A stretch of DNA of 64,000 nucleotides from Microcaecilia unicolor (Eukaryota). The DNA lies in NCBI RefSeq assembly GCF_901765095.1, contig NW_021963017.1:302253-366252 (forward strand), given 5' to 3'. This document shows, one piece after another, positions 35,925-48,122 of this stretch. The notes under the pieces are model-generated. The model searched no databases, was not told where the DNA came from, and saw nothing but the letters and a program-made list of their open reading frames with translations. The translations under genes and the position numbers were made by a program. Each line of letters starts with the position of its first letter. Positions within the stretch are counted from its first letter, which is position 1.

Positions 35925-36131
35925 GCTACATATGAGACTGACGAACACGAGCCGGTTCGGGCGGGAACACAGCCGCGCATGCGCGGTACGCATGGGCGCA
36001 CGCGGACTAGCAAAGGCCTTTGCTAGTGAAGTTTCCGATTGGAGGGGCTGCCGTGGACGTCACCCATCAGTGAGAACAATCAGCCTGCTGTCCTCGGAGA
36101 ATACCTTCTACAGGTATGTAGCATTCGCTTT
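35925..36131 (+). repeat. Right inverted terminal repeat of the main DIRS copy, with a 3' extension of about 30 nt
   Basis: It is the reverse complement of 29991-30172. It ends ...ggagaataccttctacaggtatgtagcattcgcttt. Confidence 0.7.
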
Positions 36132-37157
36132 TGTGCCAGCATTCAATGGACTCCAGCCTTATCGGTTTAGAAAAAAAAATCCTCCTTTCTAAAACATTTT
36201 ATTATGATTTATTTTGGGGTATAGGGCACTTTAAAAATGTCTTTATCATGATGTATTCAAACATTAAAGAATATATTTAAGAGCACTTAGCTTTTGAGGT
36301 TGACACCCCAACCGGGCTCTCCGTTTCACTATTACTCAAGCTTCTTCAGGGTACTAAGTACTGTACGTTCTGAATAAACCTAAAAAGATGATATAAAATA
36401 CATCAATGTTGATAATATATGTGAGAAATTGTGTTTTTTAGAAAGGAGTTTTTTTCTAGACCGATGATAAGACTGAAGTCCGTTGAATGCTGGCACAAAC
36501 AATGTTATTACTTGCTGCCCAGCTGGGACATATGAGATCTTTTTCCTCCTTTTTTTTTTTTAAGTAGTTTGTTTGGAAATGAACATTAAATATAAGGTTT
36601 ACAATCATCTACACTCTTCAGCTGTATAGATTGTTCACACGTTGGATATTTCGCTGAAGTATTTGCTTATTTAGAAGTTTGTACACTAATGGCAAAATTG
36701 TTGCATGAGAAAGGCACAGCGAAGGTAACAAGGTGGATGATGTCGATGAAACTACTACTGGACTCAAAAAAAGTTCACAGCAAGAGTTATTGATAAAGAC
36801 TGGACTCGACACGATCGTTGTTTCGGCCGCTCTGGCCTGCTCAGGGGTCCCTGTCTATTGATGTTCAGTTAGTCCCTGAAGAGAAAATCTGAAATATTTA
36901 GTAAAGCCAAAGTACGCTCTGGTGAAGAAACTTCACTGTAGCACTTAAGTACGAGCGGCACTCTTCAGTGATTGTCATCATTGCTGCATGTCCATTAATG
37001 CAAAAAAAAAAAAAAAGGAAATCAGCCATTTTACTGCTGTGGTTAAAATGGCCTTAGCGTGAGGGGAAAACCTGTGTAAGGGTGCACTAAGGACAGTTTC
37101 TACTGCAGCTTAGTAAAATGACCCCCTAATGAAAGCCTCACAGTCAGCTATTAAAAA

Positions 37158-37320
37158 ATAAGGGCCCTGTTTACTAAGCTGCGCTGTAGGCGCGCTATTT
37201 AGCGTGCACTAAAAATTAGCATGCGCTAGTGATAGAGACACCCATTATATTCCTATGGGTGTGTCTTATCATTAGTGTGAGCAAAGTTAGCGTACCTACA
37301 GGGCGGTTTAGTAAACAGGG
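37158..37320. mobile_element. Short MITE with TIRs ccctgtttactaa...ttagtaaacaggg
   Basis: The termini at 37160-37172 and 37306-37318 are perfect 13-bp inverted repeats. The body is about 165 bp. Confidence 0.45.
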
Positions 37321-37329
37321 TACTGAAAG

Positions 37330-37620
37330 GAGGGATTTGTCTTGAGAGCGGAGGTTACGGGTAGGAACGTAAGGGGAGATGAGGGTAGAGAGGTAAGGAG
37401 GGGCTGCAGATCGAGTGCATTTGTAGATTAGTAGGAGAAGCTTGAACTGTATTCGGTACCTGATCAGAAGCCAGTGAAGTGACTTGAGGAGAGGGGTGAT
37501 ATGAGTATATCGGTCCAGGCAGAAGATAAGACGTGCAGCCGAGTTCTGAACGGACTGAAGGGGGATAGATGGCTAAGTGGGAGGACTAATTCCTTTCCTT
37601 GACTTTCAGAGCTCCAAATA
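37330..37620. repeat. Unclassified interspersed repeat, related to 20990-21365
   Basis: It shares the gaactgtat.cgg...gtgaagtgacttgaggagaggg block. Confidence 0.3.
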
Positions 37621-37720
37621 CAGTCTTACTCTCCAAGAGTAAGCATAGATAGAGGAGGGAATTGTTTTAATATAGTGCTTTATTATGTGAAAACGAGCTG
37701 GCTACATTTATCTTTCTCAG

Positions 37721-37891
37721 GTAAGCGCCCAGGTTTCACGAATGGAATCCCCAGGATGCAGCTCCATTTCTGTGAAGTGGCAACAGTTTAATCCAAATGC
37801 TCCAAGAACCAATGCAAGCGCCTTTTCAAATACAGTCTCTGTTTCGCTGCGAGAGGGTTCTGTTTATGGCTTTATTCCTCATTGCACACAA
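37721..37891 (+). CDS. PARP4: PARP4 exon
   Basis: It translates to VSAQVSRMESPGCSSISVKWQQFNPNAPRTNASAFSNTVSVSLREGSVYGFIPHCTQ. The human counterpart is ...CSPSCHSVSVKWQQLNPDAP...LLVYGFIPHCTQ. The upstream acceptor was chosen because it conserves segment length against human. A second AG 12 nt downstream is also possible. Confidence 0.7.
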
Positions 37892-40097
37892 GTAAGTGAA
37901 CATCATAGGTTTTGTGATGTAAGACTTGTCAGAATAGAGGCTTTTATTTTTTAGCCTCCTGTCAACTAGAGAGTATTCACTTGGGGTCCCCTTTTACCAA
38001 GCTGCTGCAGAAGGGGGCAGACTCTGACATTAGTGCTTGTTTTACACACGCGCCAAGGCCCCCTTTACCGCAGCTGGTAAAAGGGAAGTGCCACCTTCTT
38101 GCAGGAAATGGCCGTTACGGCCATTGAGGTGGCGGTAAGGGCTCCCACGTTAACCCGGCGGTAACCGGACAGTGATTACCGCGGGTACACTCCGATGCTA
38201 CAAAAATAAATTTTTGTAGAGCCGGAAATGATGGCACCTCTTAGGGGTGAGAAGTACCGCTGGGCTGCTGTGCTGTTGCCTGGCGATGCGAGCAGTAAGC
38301 CCACGTGTGGGCTTATCCACGCTTAGTAAAAGGAGCCCTTAGATCTTTGTCAATGGCTCCCATCTGGACATGATACAACTTCTACGTAATTTAAAAAGTA
38401 AATGGCTGCAGTTAAAGACAAGCATGGCTCATCTAGTCTGCCAGGAAGAAGACTATGGTAATACCTGCCACTTCATGCAGGTTATCCTTCTCTGTGCCTT
38501 TAACATAGTAGATGATGGCAGATAAAGACCTGAACAGTCCATCCAGTCTGCCGTACAAGATAAACTCATAGCATAAAATATAATGCGATACTACATATGC
38601 ATACATGATTTTGATGCATACTTTATTTAGAGTTGTACCTGGTGCTCTGTGCCCCCATTTTTTGTTTATTTTATATGTATTATTGTGTTTATATTCTTTT
38701 TTTTAATGCTTGTATTATAAAATAAACTTGTCTATAAACTGCAGTGAACGTGTGAGGGGATATAGCGGTATATAAGAGAAACATTTCCATTGTTTATAGG
38801 GTTGTCCCTTAGCATGGAATTTTGGCAGGCGTCCTGAAAGGAAGGCAAGGATTAAGGCATGGGCAAACTAGGAGTGTCTCTAGGGCCCAAATGTTTAGGA
38901 GGGGGTTCTCACAGATGTTTAATTCAGTAGCTTCCAAGTCCAATTTTTGCCATGGTCAGTTGCTACCAGAGAGAAGAGTGTCCACCGAGATCTGTCTGTT
39001 CCAGTCCCCTGTGCGTTGCTCTCTATTTGCCACAAGTAAGCAAGCCACACTTGTTACCTCCTGTTTCCTCCTCTGCTAGTTTTCCTCTGCAGTCAGAGCC
39101 ACATAGGGCCCTGTTTGTGGGAACTGGGCTAAATTCATTTCCTTAGGGTCCATTAGCGGATTAATCTTTCCTGCTTCCCTTCACAGCATGTCAGGTCATT
39201 GCTTTCTGTCCCATAGCTGGTACGCTGGAGTTGATCTCTGCTTCCTGGCTCCCAAGATCAGTTAATTAAGGAATAGGCATTTTTATAGTACATATCAACT
39301 AAGCTACTTGGGTTGACATTAAAATCTTGACAAAGTTCTGCAAACAGGTTGTTGAGTTTGCTTGTAGAACTGATGCATCCAGATCAGTCCAGGTTCATTC
39401 CAGGTAGACAGACCTCAGATAACATCATAGGATTTTAAGTCTTATTTGTAATAAACAGAAATAAAACAAAATAAAGAAAATAAAACAAAATGATACCTTT
39501 TTTATTGGACTAAATTAATACATTTTGATTAGCTTTCGAAGGGATAATTAGCCTGCCTTGGCAGTTTTCAGTTACCTCACATTCGATTACACAACCTGGA
39601 AGCCCTAGAGGGCATAGTTTCTTATTATACCGTTCTTATTTATAAGTTCTTATTATATAGGAATGCAAGGGTCTGAGCTAGGGCCACGCCTCTTCCCTAG
39701 AACTCCCCTCGGGTACAGCAGCCAAGCCAGAACTCCTTGGGAGGATCCTTGCTCAGGGCGGCTCCTGGAGACTTCTTCCCTCAGGGCTTCCTGATCCATT
39801 CTGCTCCAGGACATTTAACCACCTCCTGGCCTCAGCCCTGCCTCTCTGACTCTGCTTCTGACGTGGCAGGTTAGTGCCATCTGCCGTAAGGCGGCTTAAC
39901 TACAACCTCGGTGAGGGAGTGTTCTCAGGGACACCTGCTGCTATATCGCTCACTCCCTCACAAGGAATGTACTATATATTCAGAATTTGCTCTTAGTATA
40001 GTAAGTTATTTAAAGTGACTGTAAAGGAGAAAACAGAGAGAGGACAAAATATGAAAGTAAAAACACACCTAACAAGCGTTTTCTTTTGAACTTGCAG

Positions 40098-40177
40098 GCC
40101 ACTCTCAATGCTTTATTGATGACGAAGAACTGAGCACAATGGTGTCAACTACTGAATTACAGAAGACCACTGGAACA
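40098..40177 (+). CDS. PARP4: PARP4 exon with an apparent 1-bp deletion. The expected frame is lost after ATLNAL and a premature TGA follows.
   Basis: Frame 0 from the acceptor reads ATLNALLMTKN*. The +1 frame reads HSQCFIDDEELSTMVSTTELQKTTGT. Human PARP4 reads ATLCALIQEKEFCTMVSTTELQKTTGT. Together these imply one missing nucleotide near 40118-40121. The exon is 80 nt against an expected 81. Confidence 0.7.
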
Positions 40178-41093
40178 GTAAGATTCTTTTATTTGTTAAG
40201 AACATAAAATAATGCCAAGTTCCCTCGATCCCTGGCATTTTGTATTTGACAGCGGACAATCCGTTTCACAAGTACCTGGAAAATCTCAAATAATCAAATT
40301 GCTCTTAGCTCATTTCAAGAGCTAAGCAATGGTTTATCATTTTTTTGGACTTTTTCTACAGATTATCCAGACCTCTTTTAAATCCTGCCATGTTAGTTAC
40401 CTTGATAATATACTTCAGCAGCAGAATCTGCAGCTTACTTATACACTGCATGAAAAAAGCTTCTTGTTTTGTTTTCTTGAAAAGGAAATAAAAAAACACC
40501 TACTTCACCCCAGTCATGATTTTATAAATCTCTCTTATATCCCCCTCATAGTTGTTTTCTTTTATAACTGAAGAGGCTTAATCTGTTAGCTTCCTTCATA
40601 AAGGAGGCTTCATCCTCTTCTCTCATTTTTGTCACTCTTCTCTAGTTCTGTAATATTCAATTTTGAACTAGAGTGACCGAAACTATACACAACACTGAAG
40701 ATGTGGTCACATATTGATATTCTTAGTTTTTGTTCTCCATTTCTTTTCAAATAATCCCTAAAATTGTATTTTTTTTATTGGCAGTCGTGACTACAGGGCT
40801 GAGAATTTCAACTTATGTCCACAGTGACTCAAAGCTCTTTTCTTGTGTAGGATTCTAAGTCCGCTCATACACAGCGTTTATACCTGTAGTTGGGATTATT
40901 TTTCCCTTGTGCAAACATCAGATACTGGTGAAAGCGTCTTTTAGTTTGTTTTTTAATATTATTTCTTCATTTTATCATAGTCTCTTTTTGAAAATTAAAT
41001 GCTACAGCAGCAGTTTTCTTTAGTTTCTTTGTTCTAATGATTAGGATCATTTTGATCACATTGAATGGTAATTTCATAAAAAGCTGCCTATCC

Positions 41094-42572
41094 AGCTTAT
41101 TTTCGAAAGTGAAAGACGCCCATATTTCAACCAAATCAGTATAATCGGAAGCCGATTTTGGGCGTCCCCAACTGCAGTCTGTCACGGGAACGGACAAAGT
41201 TGATGGGGGCGTGTTGGAGGCGGGGTGAAGGTGGGACTGGGGCGTGTTTATCGGCGAGGAGAGATGGGCGCACTTGCCCGATAATGGAAAAAAGAAGGGC
41301 GCCAGAAGCGAGAATTTGGGTCACTTTTTCTGACTCTTTTTTCCCATGAACAAGTCCCCAAAAAGTGCCCCACATGCCCAGATGACACAGAGGGAATCGG
41401 GGATGACCTCCCCTGACTCCACCCCTGTGGTCATTAACCCCCTCCCACCAAAAAAAAAAAGAACTTTAAAACTTTTTTTTCCAGCCTGTATGCCAGCCTC
41501 AAATGTCATAAAAAGCTTCCTCCGCAGATCACTGAAGAACCATCTTTTCGAAAAGATTTATGGAAAGAACCAAACACATAAAGTCCACACTACTGTTCAT
41601 TAATGCATCCATACATTCACCTCTGACTTCTCATTCCCGTATTATCACATCATTCATACCTTTTAATCACAGAAAGATATATACCATATGTCTTCATGCC
41701 TTTTTATCGCCCTCTAAGCTCCCATTGTTCCTTCCAAAGTTTTAATGTTTGTGTCCATTGTTTACATTCCTTAACGACACCTCAATTGTTTCGCATAACT
41801 ATGCAAAATGTAATCCATAACCAATCTGTAACAAATTGTATTTCCAACATTAACTCATATTGTAAGCCACACTGAACCCGCAAAAAGGTGGGAAAATGTG
41901 GGATACAAATGCAATAAAATAAAAAAATAAAAAAAATACCCAGCTCCATGACAGCAGTATGTAGGTCCCTGGAGCAGTTGTTAGTGGGTGCAGTGGACTT
42001 CAGGCAGGGGACCCAGGCCCATCACCCCCTAACCTGTTACACTTGTGCTGGTAAATGGGAGCGCTCCAAACCTGCCCCCAAAACCCCACTGTACCCACAT
42101 CGAGGTGAACCCTTCAGCCATAAGTGCTATGGTAATAGTGTAGAGTTCGGGGCAGTGGGTTTTGGGGGGGGGCTCAGCACCCAAGGGAAGGGAGCTATGG
42201 ACTTGGGAGGTATTTTAATTTTTTTTTTAATTGTTACAAGTGCCCCCCTAGGGTGCCCGGTTGGTGTCCTGGCACGTGAGGGGGGACCAGTGCACTACGA
42301 ATCCTGGCCCCTCCCACGACCAAATGCCTTGGATTTGTTCGTTTTTGAGCTGGGCACCTTCGGTTTCCATTATCGCTGAAAAACGATACCGCCCAGCTCA
42401 AATCCGCACAAATCCGATGCATTTGCTTGGCACAAACCGTATTATGGAAAAAAAAAGGTGGACGCCCATCTTTTTCGAAAATACGGTCTGTCCCGCCCCT
42501 TTCACGTACCCGTCCTCGGAGATAGACGCCCATGGAGATGGGCGTTCGTGGTTCGATTATGCCCCTCCACGT
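41094..42572 (+). repeat. Unclassified composite interspersed repeat, copy R1. It has a part A and a part B, separated by an internal 400-bp insertion that carries a SINE-tail fragment.
   Basis: It starts cagcttattttcgaaag and ends ttcgattatgcccctccacgt. It is homologous to 59683-60988 and 55781-56832. Confidence 0.5.
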
Positions 42573-45467
42573 GTGATATGTTTATATTGTCAATATGTCA
42601 ATATGTCAAGAGCATATTGAACAAGGCTGGACTTCCTAAGCATTTACATATTGAGATAAGTACTCTTGCCAAGCTTTAATGTATATGAAAATAGTGTCTC
42701 TTATGCATCTGCTTGTTGGGACTTGAAATTTATGAGAAATTTAGTTGTGAGTGGAGTTTTTTTTAAGACCCATGATTGATAAGGCTCCTCATTATACAAA
42801 AGGCTTGTCCTTTAAGAACGAGGAACAGCCGAATGACCTGAGTCTTTTTTCTCCACTTTTTTGTATTTTTACTAGAGTGTTCCCTCAAACACGTTGCATA
42901 ATAGGTAGGATAGTGATAATATTATTGAAAAGTAGATCCTACTTATTCCCGAATTACTACAGGGTAAATGAAATCTCTCATTATTGTGTTATGTATTGCA
43001 CATATGTAATATGTAAACTGCTTTGGTTGTACCACAGAAAGGCAGAATATCAAGAACCTCATAAATACAAACCATAATTCCACTCCCCAAAGAGATTGGG
43101 TATTTTATATTTTTTTGGTGTATTTTTTTTGTAATTTTTTATAAATGTATTGAAAATTTTTTTTCAAGTATACAACAAAAGGGCAAAATAACAATATACA
43201 GAACTAAAAAGATCCATCAGATACAGTACAAAAACTGTTATACTGCATAGCTAAAAGTGAGACGATATAGGGGATAGGTGATAGGTAAATCTAAAACATG
43301 ATGACCTATGCACTAGTGCAGTTGTTAGCTGAACAGTAAGAGTCTAATGGTGCCGAAGACTGGAGAATGTGTGTTTTTATGGGATTAAAAAAAAATCTGG
43401 CTGATTATTCAAAGCAATTTAAGCAGACAGGAGAGGCTCCTGCCTGCTTAAATTGCCTGTTGCCACCTAACCAGGGGCTGAATATCGCCTCTGACCGGCC
43501 CCAGGAAAAGTAGGCAGGTCAGGAGTGGTACAGGGGTGGAGTTAGAGAGGAGCCCAGGGTTATGCGGATGTCGGCACCCGCATAGCTAAGAGAGCAAATT
43601 TAGGACACCTTAAAAGCTGTCTTAATTTGACTCACTTAGCAATGCAGGTGCTGGCACTTAATATTGGCAGGCACTGAATATTGGGTGGGGCCTGCTCAAC
43701 TTGTTTTGTAGTGCTGCAGTCCCTCTCCTGGGACCCCCCAGAAAAATGAATATAGAGAGTTCTAAGATTAAGCTTCCACTGTTAGAAACTCGCCTGAGGA
43801 ATGTTTGTTTATGTTGTTGTCTAAATGCTCTTAATTGTTTAGATGAAACCAAGAGATTTTATAAGAGGAATTTTTGAAAAGAAGATTTATACCTTTGAAG
43901 TAAGGTGAATAAAGAAATGACATTTTGCCTGAATTTAAGAGCATAGTCTTTTATTTGGTGTAGAGGAAACTTGTGGACAGATAGCAGCCTAGGATGAAAA
44001 GATGGAGGGCCTGCCATTACAGGGGGCAGGGTGAAGTGCAAACAGAGGTCCTCCTTCTGGACAGCACCCATGTTGACCCCAGTATGGGAAATCAGGGCCG
44101 CCGAGAGACTGAGCCAGGGCAGGGCCACCGCCCTTCCCCCCCCCCCCCCCCCCCCCAGGATCACCATCTCTGCCTCCATACCTTGGCTGGCTGGGCTCCT
44201 GGGCCCCGCCAGCAGGTGGCCTTCCTTTAGCGCTGCTTAATGCTCTGCCGCATTGCCTGCCCCTGCGGCTGCTTTTTTTTTTATCATGTTGAGCATGCTG
44301 GGTTTCAAAACTGAGCATGCGCAGCCTGATGGCCCAGCAGCCACTTGGCAGGCAGGCAGTGTGGCAGAGGAAAGAGCAACGCCTGCTGTGTCTGCTCCTT
44401 CGGGTCCTCCCCAGCCTCCAAGGGGGGCCCAGCTCCATAGTTTTCTCTCCTGCTCCTGTCGGACGCAATCACCCAGGTCCCGTCAGGAGCAGGGGAGAGA
44501 GAGAAAGGGAGACACTGGTGCCAGGCCCCCCTTGGAGGCCCAGGGATTTTGCTCCCCCTGCCCCACCTGTCAGTGGCCCTGTGGGAAATCATTGCCCAGA
44601 CAACAGAGTGAACCTGCAAACAGACACCAGGGTGGCCCCTAGCTGTGATAGCTTACATAGATAGAGTGAAGTTGTTCCCAGAGGTGGGTTATGGTTAGCA
44701 TTTACACACAGACCATAGTCTTTTACGCAGCTTAGTGGTTAACTCCCTTTGAGGGTTTGAGGGCGTACGATGTACTATAAAGCACAGTCTCCTTGTAAGT
44801 AGATATTTTGTTCTCCTACACACGGTGTTTATCATTTCAAAGAGATTGGGTATGGGTGGGATGGGTTGGGTCAGTGTGGAGGGAGAACGGGGTACATTAT
44901 GTCAGCAGTGGTAGTGATGATTAGATGGGGGATCTTAGTTGCTCCAAGCTTGATGACTGTGTAAGTCAGTTCAATTGCATGTTTTTTGTATTGATCACTG
45001 ATACTTTGCATCTTTTATTGTTGGTACAGTCTACTATGGGAGTTAGAGGATAGTTATCATGCGTATATAGTGGGATGGGGGGTGGGGATTTGATGACAGA
45101 TTATTTTTTCCCTTTCCTTCTCTGTTGTATGTTCCTCATGTTTATCTTTGTATATGCATTTGATTGGATGTACTCTTTCATATGGTCATCAATAAAAAAT
45201 TTTGAACCATACACACAGACTGAAAAAACAAAATACATGTGTATCCGTGTAGATTAAGTCAGAAAAATTATGTGTGCTAAAGGGCAAGTGTAAATGAAAG
45301 TGCATAAATTATCTGGAGTAGGTTTTCAAAGTGCGTACTTTGACTTTGAAAATTTACCGGTTCTTGCACAACAAAGGATATGTGTACTATTAATATGTTC
45401 ACACAGTTATTAAATTATTCCTGAATACTATTTAAGGATTGCTCTTTATATTTGTATTTTATTCTAG

Positions 45468-45548
45468 CTACTTCACAAGCTTACAGCACGAGCAATAATT
45501 AAAGATTATGAGCATGGAATTCTTCATGAGAATGAGGCTGAACATGAG
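45468..45548 (+). CDS. PARP4: PARP4 exon
   Basis: It translates to LLHKLTARAIIKDYEHGILHENEAEHE, matching the human MIHKLAARALIRDYEDGILHENETSHE. The junctions are ttctag| and gag|gtctgt. Confidence 0.85.
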
Positions 45549-47662
45549 GTCTGTATAACATCTTCAGATTTTGTAAAATAAATCTCTGAAAGCACTGATT
45601 TTGGGAAAATGGAGTTCTATACCAATACAGTTACTGCTAAATAAGAACAAGTTAAATATGGAGTAATACTAATATTTTGGTGTCTTCAGATGCATGGACA
45701 GAGCCTTCATAATTTGCTGTGAAATAGATGCCTTTATGAAAGACAACCAGCAGTCATATAATATACAGTATTTTATATGTACAGTGTGGGTTCTATTTGC
45801 ACCAAATACGTGGGACATTGAATATCTGGAACTAATTCTTTAGGTGCTGGCCACTAGAACCCACATAAAGAATTCTGGCCAGGTAACGATTATCCCCTCC
45901 CAAAACTTCAGAATCTTGCCCACCTATTTCCTGAAGAAAATCTAAGCCGGCGCTGGCCCCCTCTGAATATAATGGGTCCTGCCAGCGCAGCTTGAGCAGC
46001 AGAAGCCATGGGCTTTCTACTATCCTGAGAAGGATTGCAGGTTCCCTCTAAATACTTAATTACCCCAACCTTGTATCTGCTCATGACAGTTTTACACAGT
46101 CTGGCAGTAGCAAACTACATAATTAGAAAGAAACCCAATAGTCAGTAGATATAGCAAGATAGTTTATTAGCATCAGTATCTTACCCAAAGGCAGCACAAG
46201 GCAAATCCGGCAGCTCAGATATTCACATAGTGGAGCAGCACTTCACGACGGATGACATGTGCCTTCAAAGGTTACTGGCTTCTCTCTGGCACTGCTTAGT
46301 TAGCAGACCTTTTATACTTTTTTGATCCCATTGATCCCTATGAGCCACCTGCAATTTCATCATAATTGGCACACACATCCAATTATGCCCAAGTTCCAAC
46401 TTTCTTATCTCTCATCCAATTATGACCAAGTTTCAACTTTATCTCCAAGCTTCGCTCATCCTTACATTTAACTTTTCTGCACCTGGCCCAATTATTTTAT
46501 ATTTTCTCAGCATGCCTATGTCCAGCTGTACACAACCCTTGCCAACTCTGTATCTCTGCCAAGCTTAATTGGGCTGTCACATTTCTTCAGTGAAGTATCA
46601 GGACTGAGAGATGCTATGATTTTACAGGCCTAGTTTGCTTTAGGAAGCCTGAACCTGTTTTTCACTGCATTCAATTTGTGACAATTATTTACATTTCCCC
46701 TCTTGCCGGGCCCCTAAGGGGGGGGCCGGCACACATGACTACACGTGTGTGTGGCCATCCTTTCCAGAGGGCTCTTAGGCATTCAATTTGTGACAATTAT
46801 TTACACCTCCTCCTCCCCCCCCCCCCTTCGGACCTACCTTTGTGAGTCCTTGGTGGTTTAGGGGGGAAACAGGCAGGAGTGATGCCCACCTACTCCTGCC
46901 AGGCACATCCTGAAGTAATCGCAACACTTGAAATACTGCGAGGCTTCTGCTAGATGTGGCAGAAATTTTGAAGAGCATGTGTTAAGTGCTTCCACATTAA
47001 CTGAAGCAGGAAGTGCGCATTAATGTGAAAGTTAATATATGTCCTGCATGGAAAATACTGGGAATGGCCCCAATAGGTGCCTTTTTAAATTTGTAGCTAC
47101 TGTGTGGTGAAGTCCTTTGCTAAGCTGCAGCTTTTACCATACTTTAGAAAAAGGGCCCTTAAAGCTACATAAATATTATTTGGGTGTGTGTATTTTTTTT
47201 TCCCAAGTACTTTACCTATAGCTTTATAGATATCTGAAGGGGTATTTTATAATGAGACTATTAAGGTACCTAGGTGCAAATGCTCATTTGTTCCTTTATA
47301 AAATTACCCCAGGAAAAATTGGTGTACACATTTATACCTATTCTGAGGCAGAGTATGTATCTGTATGCTGGATAATTTAGGGGCATATGAGCATATTCTA
47401 TAAGGTGTGAACATAAGTGACAGTTCTGCCCCTGCTCTGCTCATTTTGTGCCTTCAAAACACATGTATATCATATAAAACAAAATGTTATATTGCTGTGC
47501 AGCTGCTTTATGGCTGTAGAAATGCTAAATAGTAGTAGTAGTAGTTCAGTATCTATAAGCTCAGATCCCCTTATAAAATTATCACAAAGCTACTGTATAG
47601 CATATAATTTATTGTATTAAGTACATTAAATTGAAAATACGTTTTATTTCATTTTATTCTAG

Positions 47663-47758
47663 ATGAGGAAACAAGAATTAAAGTCACTTATAATTGAGCT
47701 TAGCAAGGAGTACTCCATTGTGACTCAGTTCACAAGTTTTGTAGCCATTGAGGAAAGG
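47663..47758 (+). CDS. PARP4: PARP4 exon
   Basis: It translates to MRKQELKSLIIELSKEYSIVTQFTSFVAIEER, matching the human MKKQTLKSLIIKLSKENSLITQFTSFVAVEKR. The junctions are ttctag| and agg|gtatgt. Confidence 0.85.
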
Positions 47759-47877
47759 GTATGTATTAAACTAGATAACTTTAAAATCTACTGTTTTATA
47801 AATTGGGCCATAGGCTTTACTGTATTATTTTCTTCTATGGTTAATAATTTATGACGCTGCACTGTAAAAGAACAGTT

Positions 47878-48012
47878 TTGAAAATGAAGCGGAGGTGTGG
47901 CCTAGTAGTTAGAGAAGCAGGTTGTGAACTAGAGTAAAAATCCTGCTTCTCCCTCTGATGCTTAACAAGTTACACTTCACCCTCCTTTGCCTCGGGTGCA
48001 ATTATCTAGATC
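47878..48012 (+). mobile_element. Divergent tRNA-derived SINE-like element
   Basis: It has the head gcggaggtgtggcctagtagttagagaagcagg and gttacacttcaccctcctttgcctcgggtgcaat. Confidence 0.4.
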
Positions 48013-48122
48013 TTAAATTTAAAATGTTCAGTTTCACTGAATTTCAAACGTCTAAAATTTGTAACATCCAAAAAATGAAAGAAACATAAATGTGAAAATA
48101 GACCCTTATCTATTGTGCATGA

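Larger units (their letters stand above)
29991..36131 (+). mobile_element. DIRS-like YR retrotransposon, the main copy (about 6.1 kb). It has ITRs, an ICR, Gag, pol and YR, and is near-intact but carries inactivating lesions.
   Basis: The left ITR 29991-30172 is the reverse complement of the right ITR 35925-36131. The ICR 35775-35873 equals the complement of the left-ITR start plus the complement of the right-ITR end. The ORFs are in DIRS order. Confidence 0.85.
29899..36610. repeat. Foldback element whose left arm is interrupted by the main DIRS insertion
   Basis: The left arm is 29899-29990 plus 36133-36195. It is the reverse complement of the right arm 36436-36610. The un-interrupted equivalent of the insertion site is in the right arm at 36499/36500. 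Confidence 0.5.
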
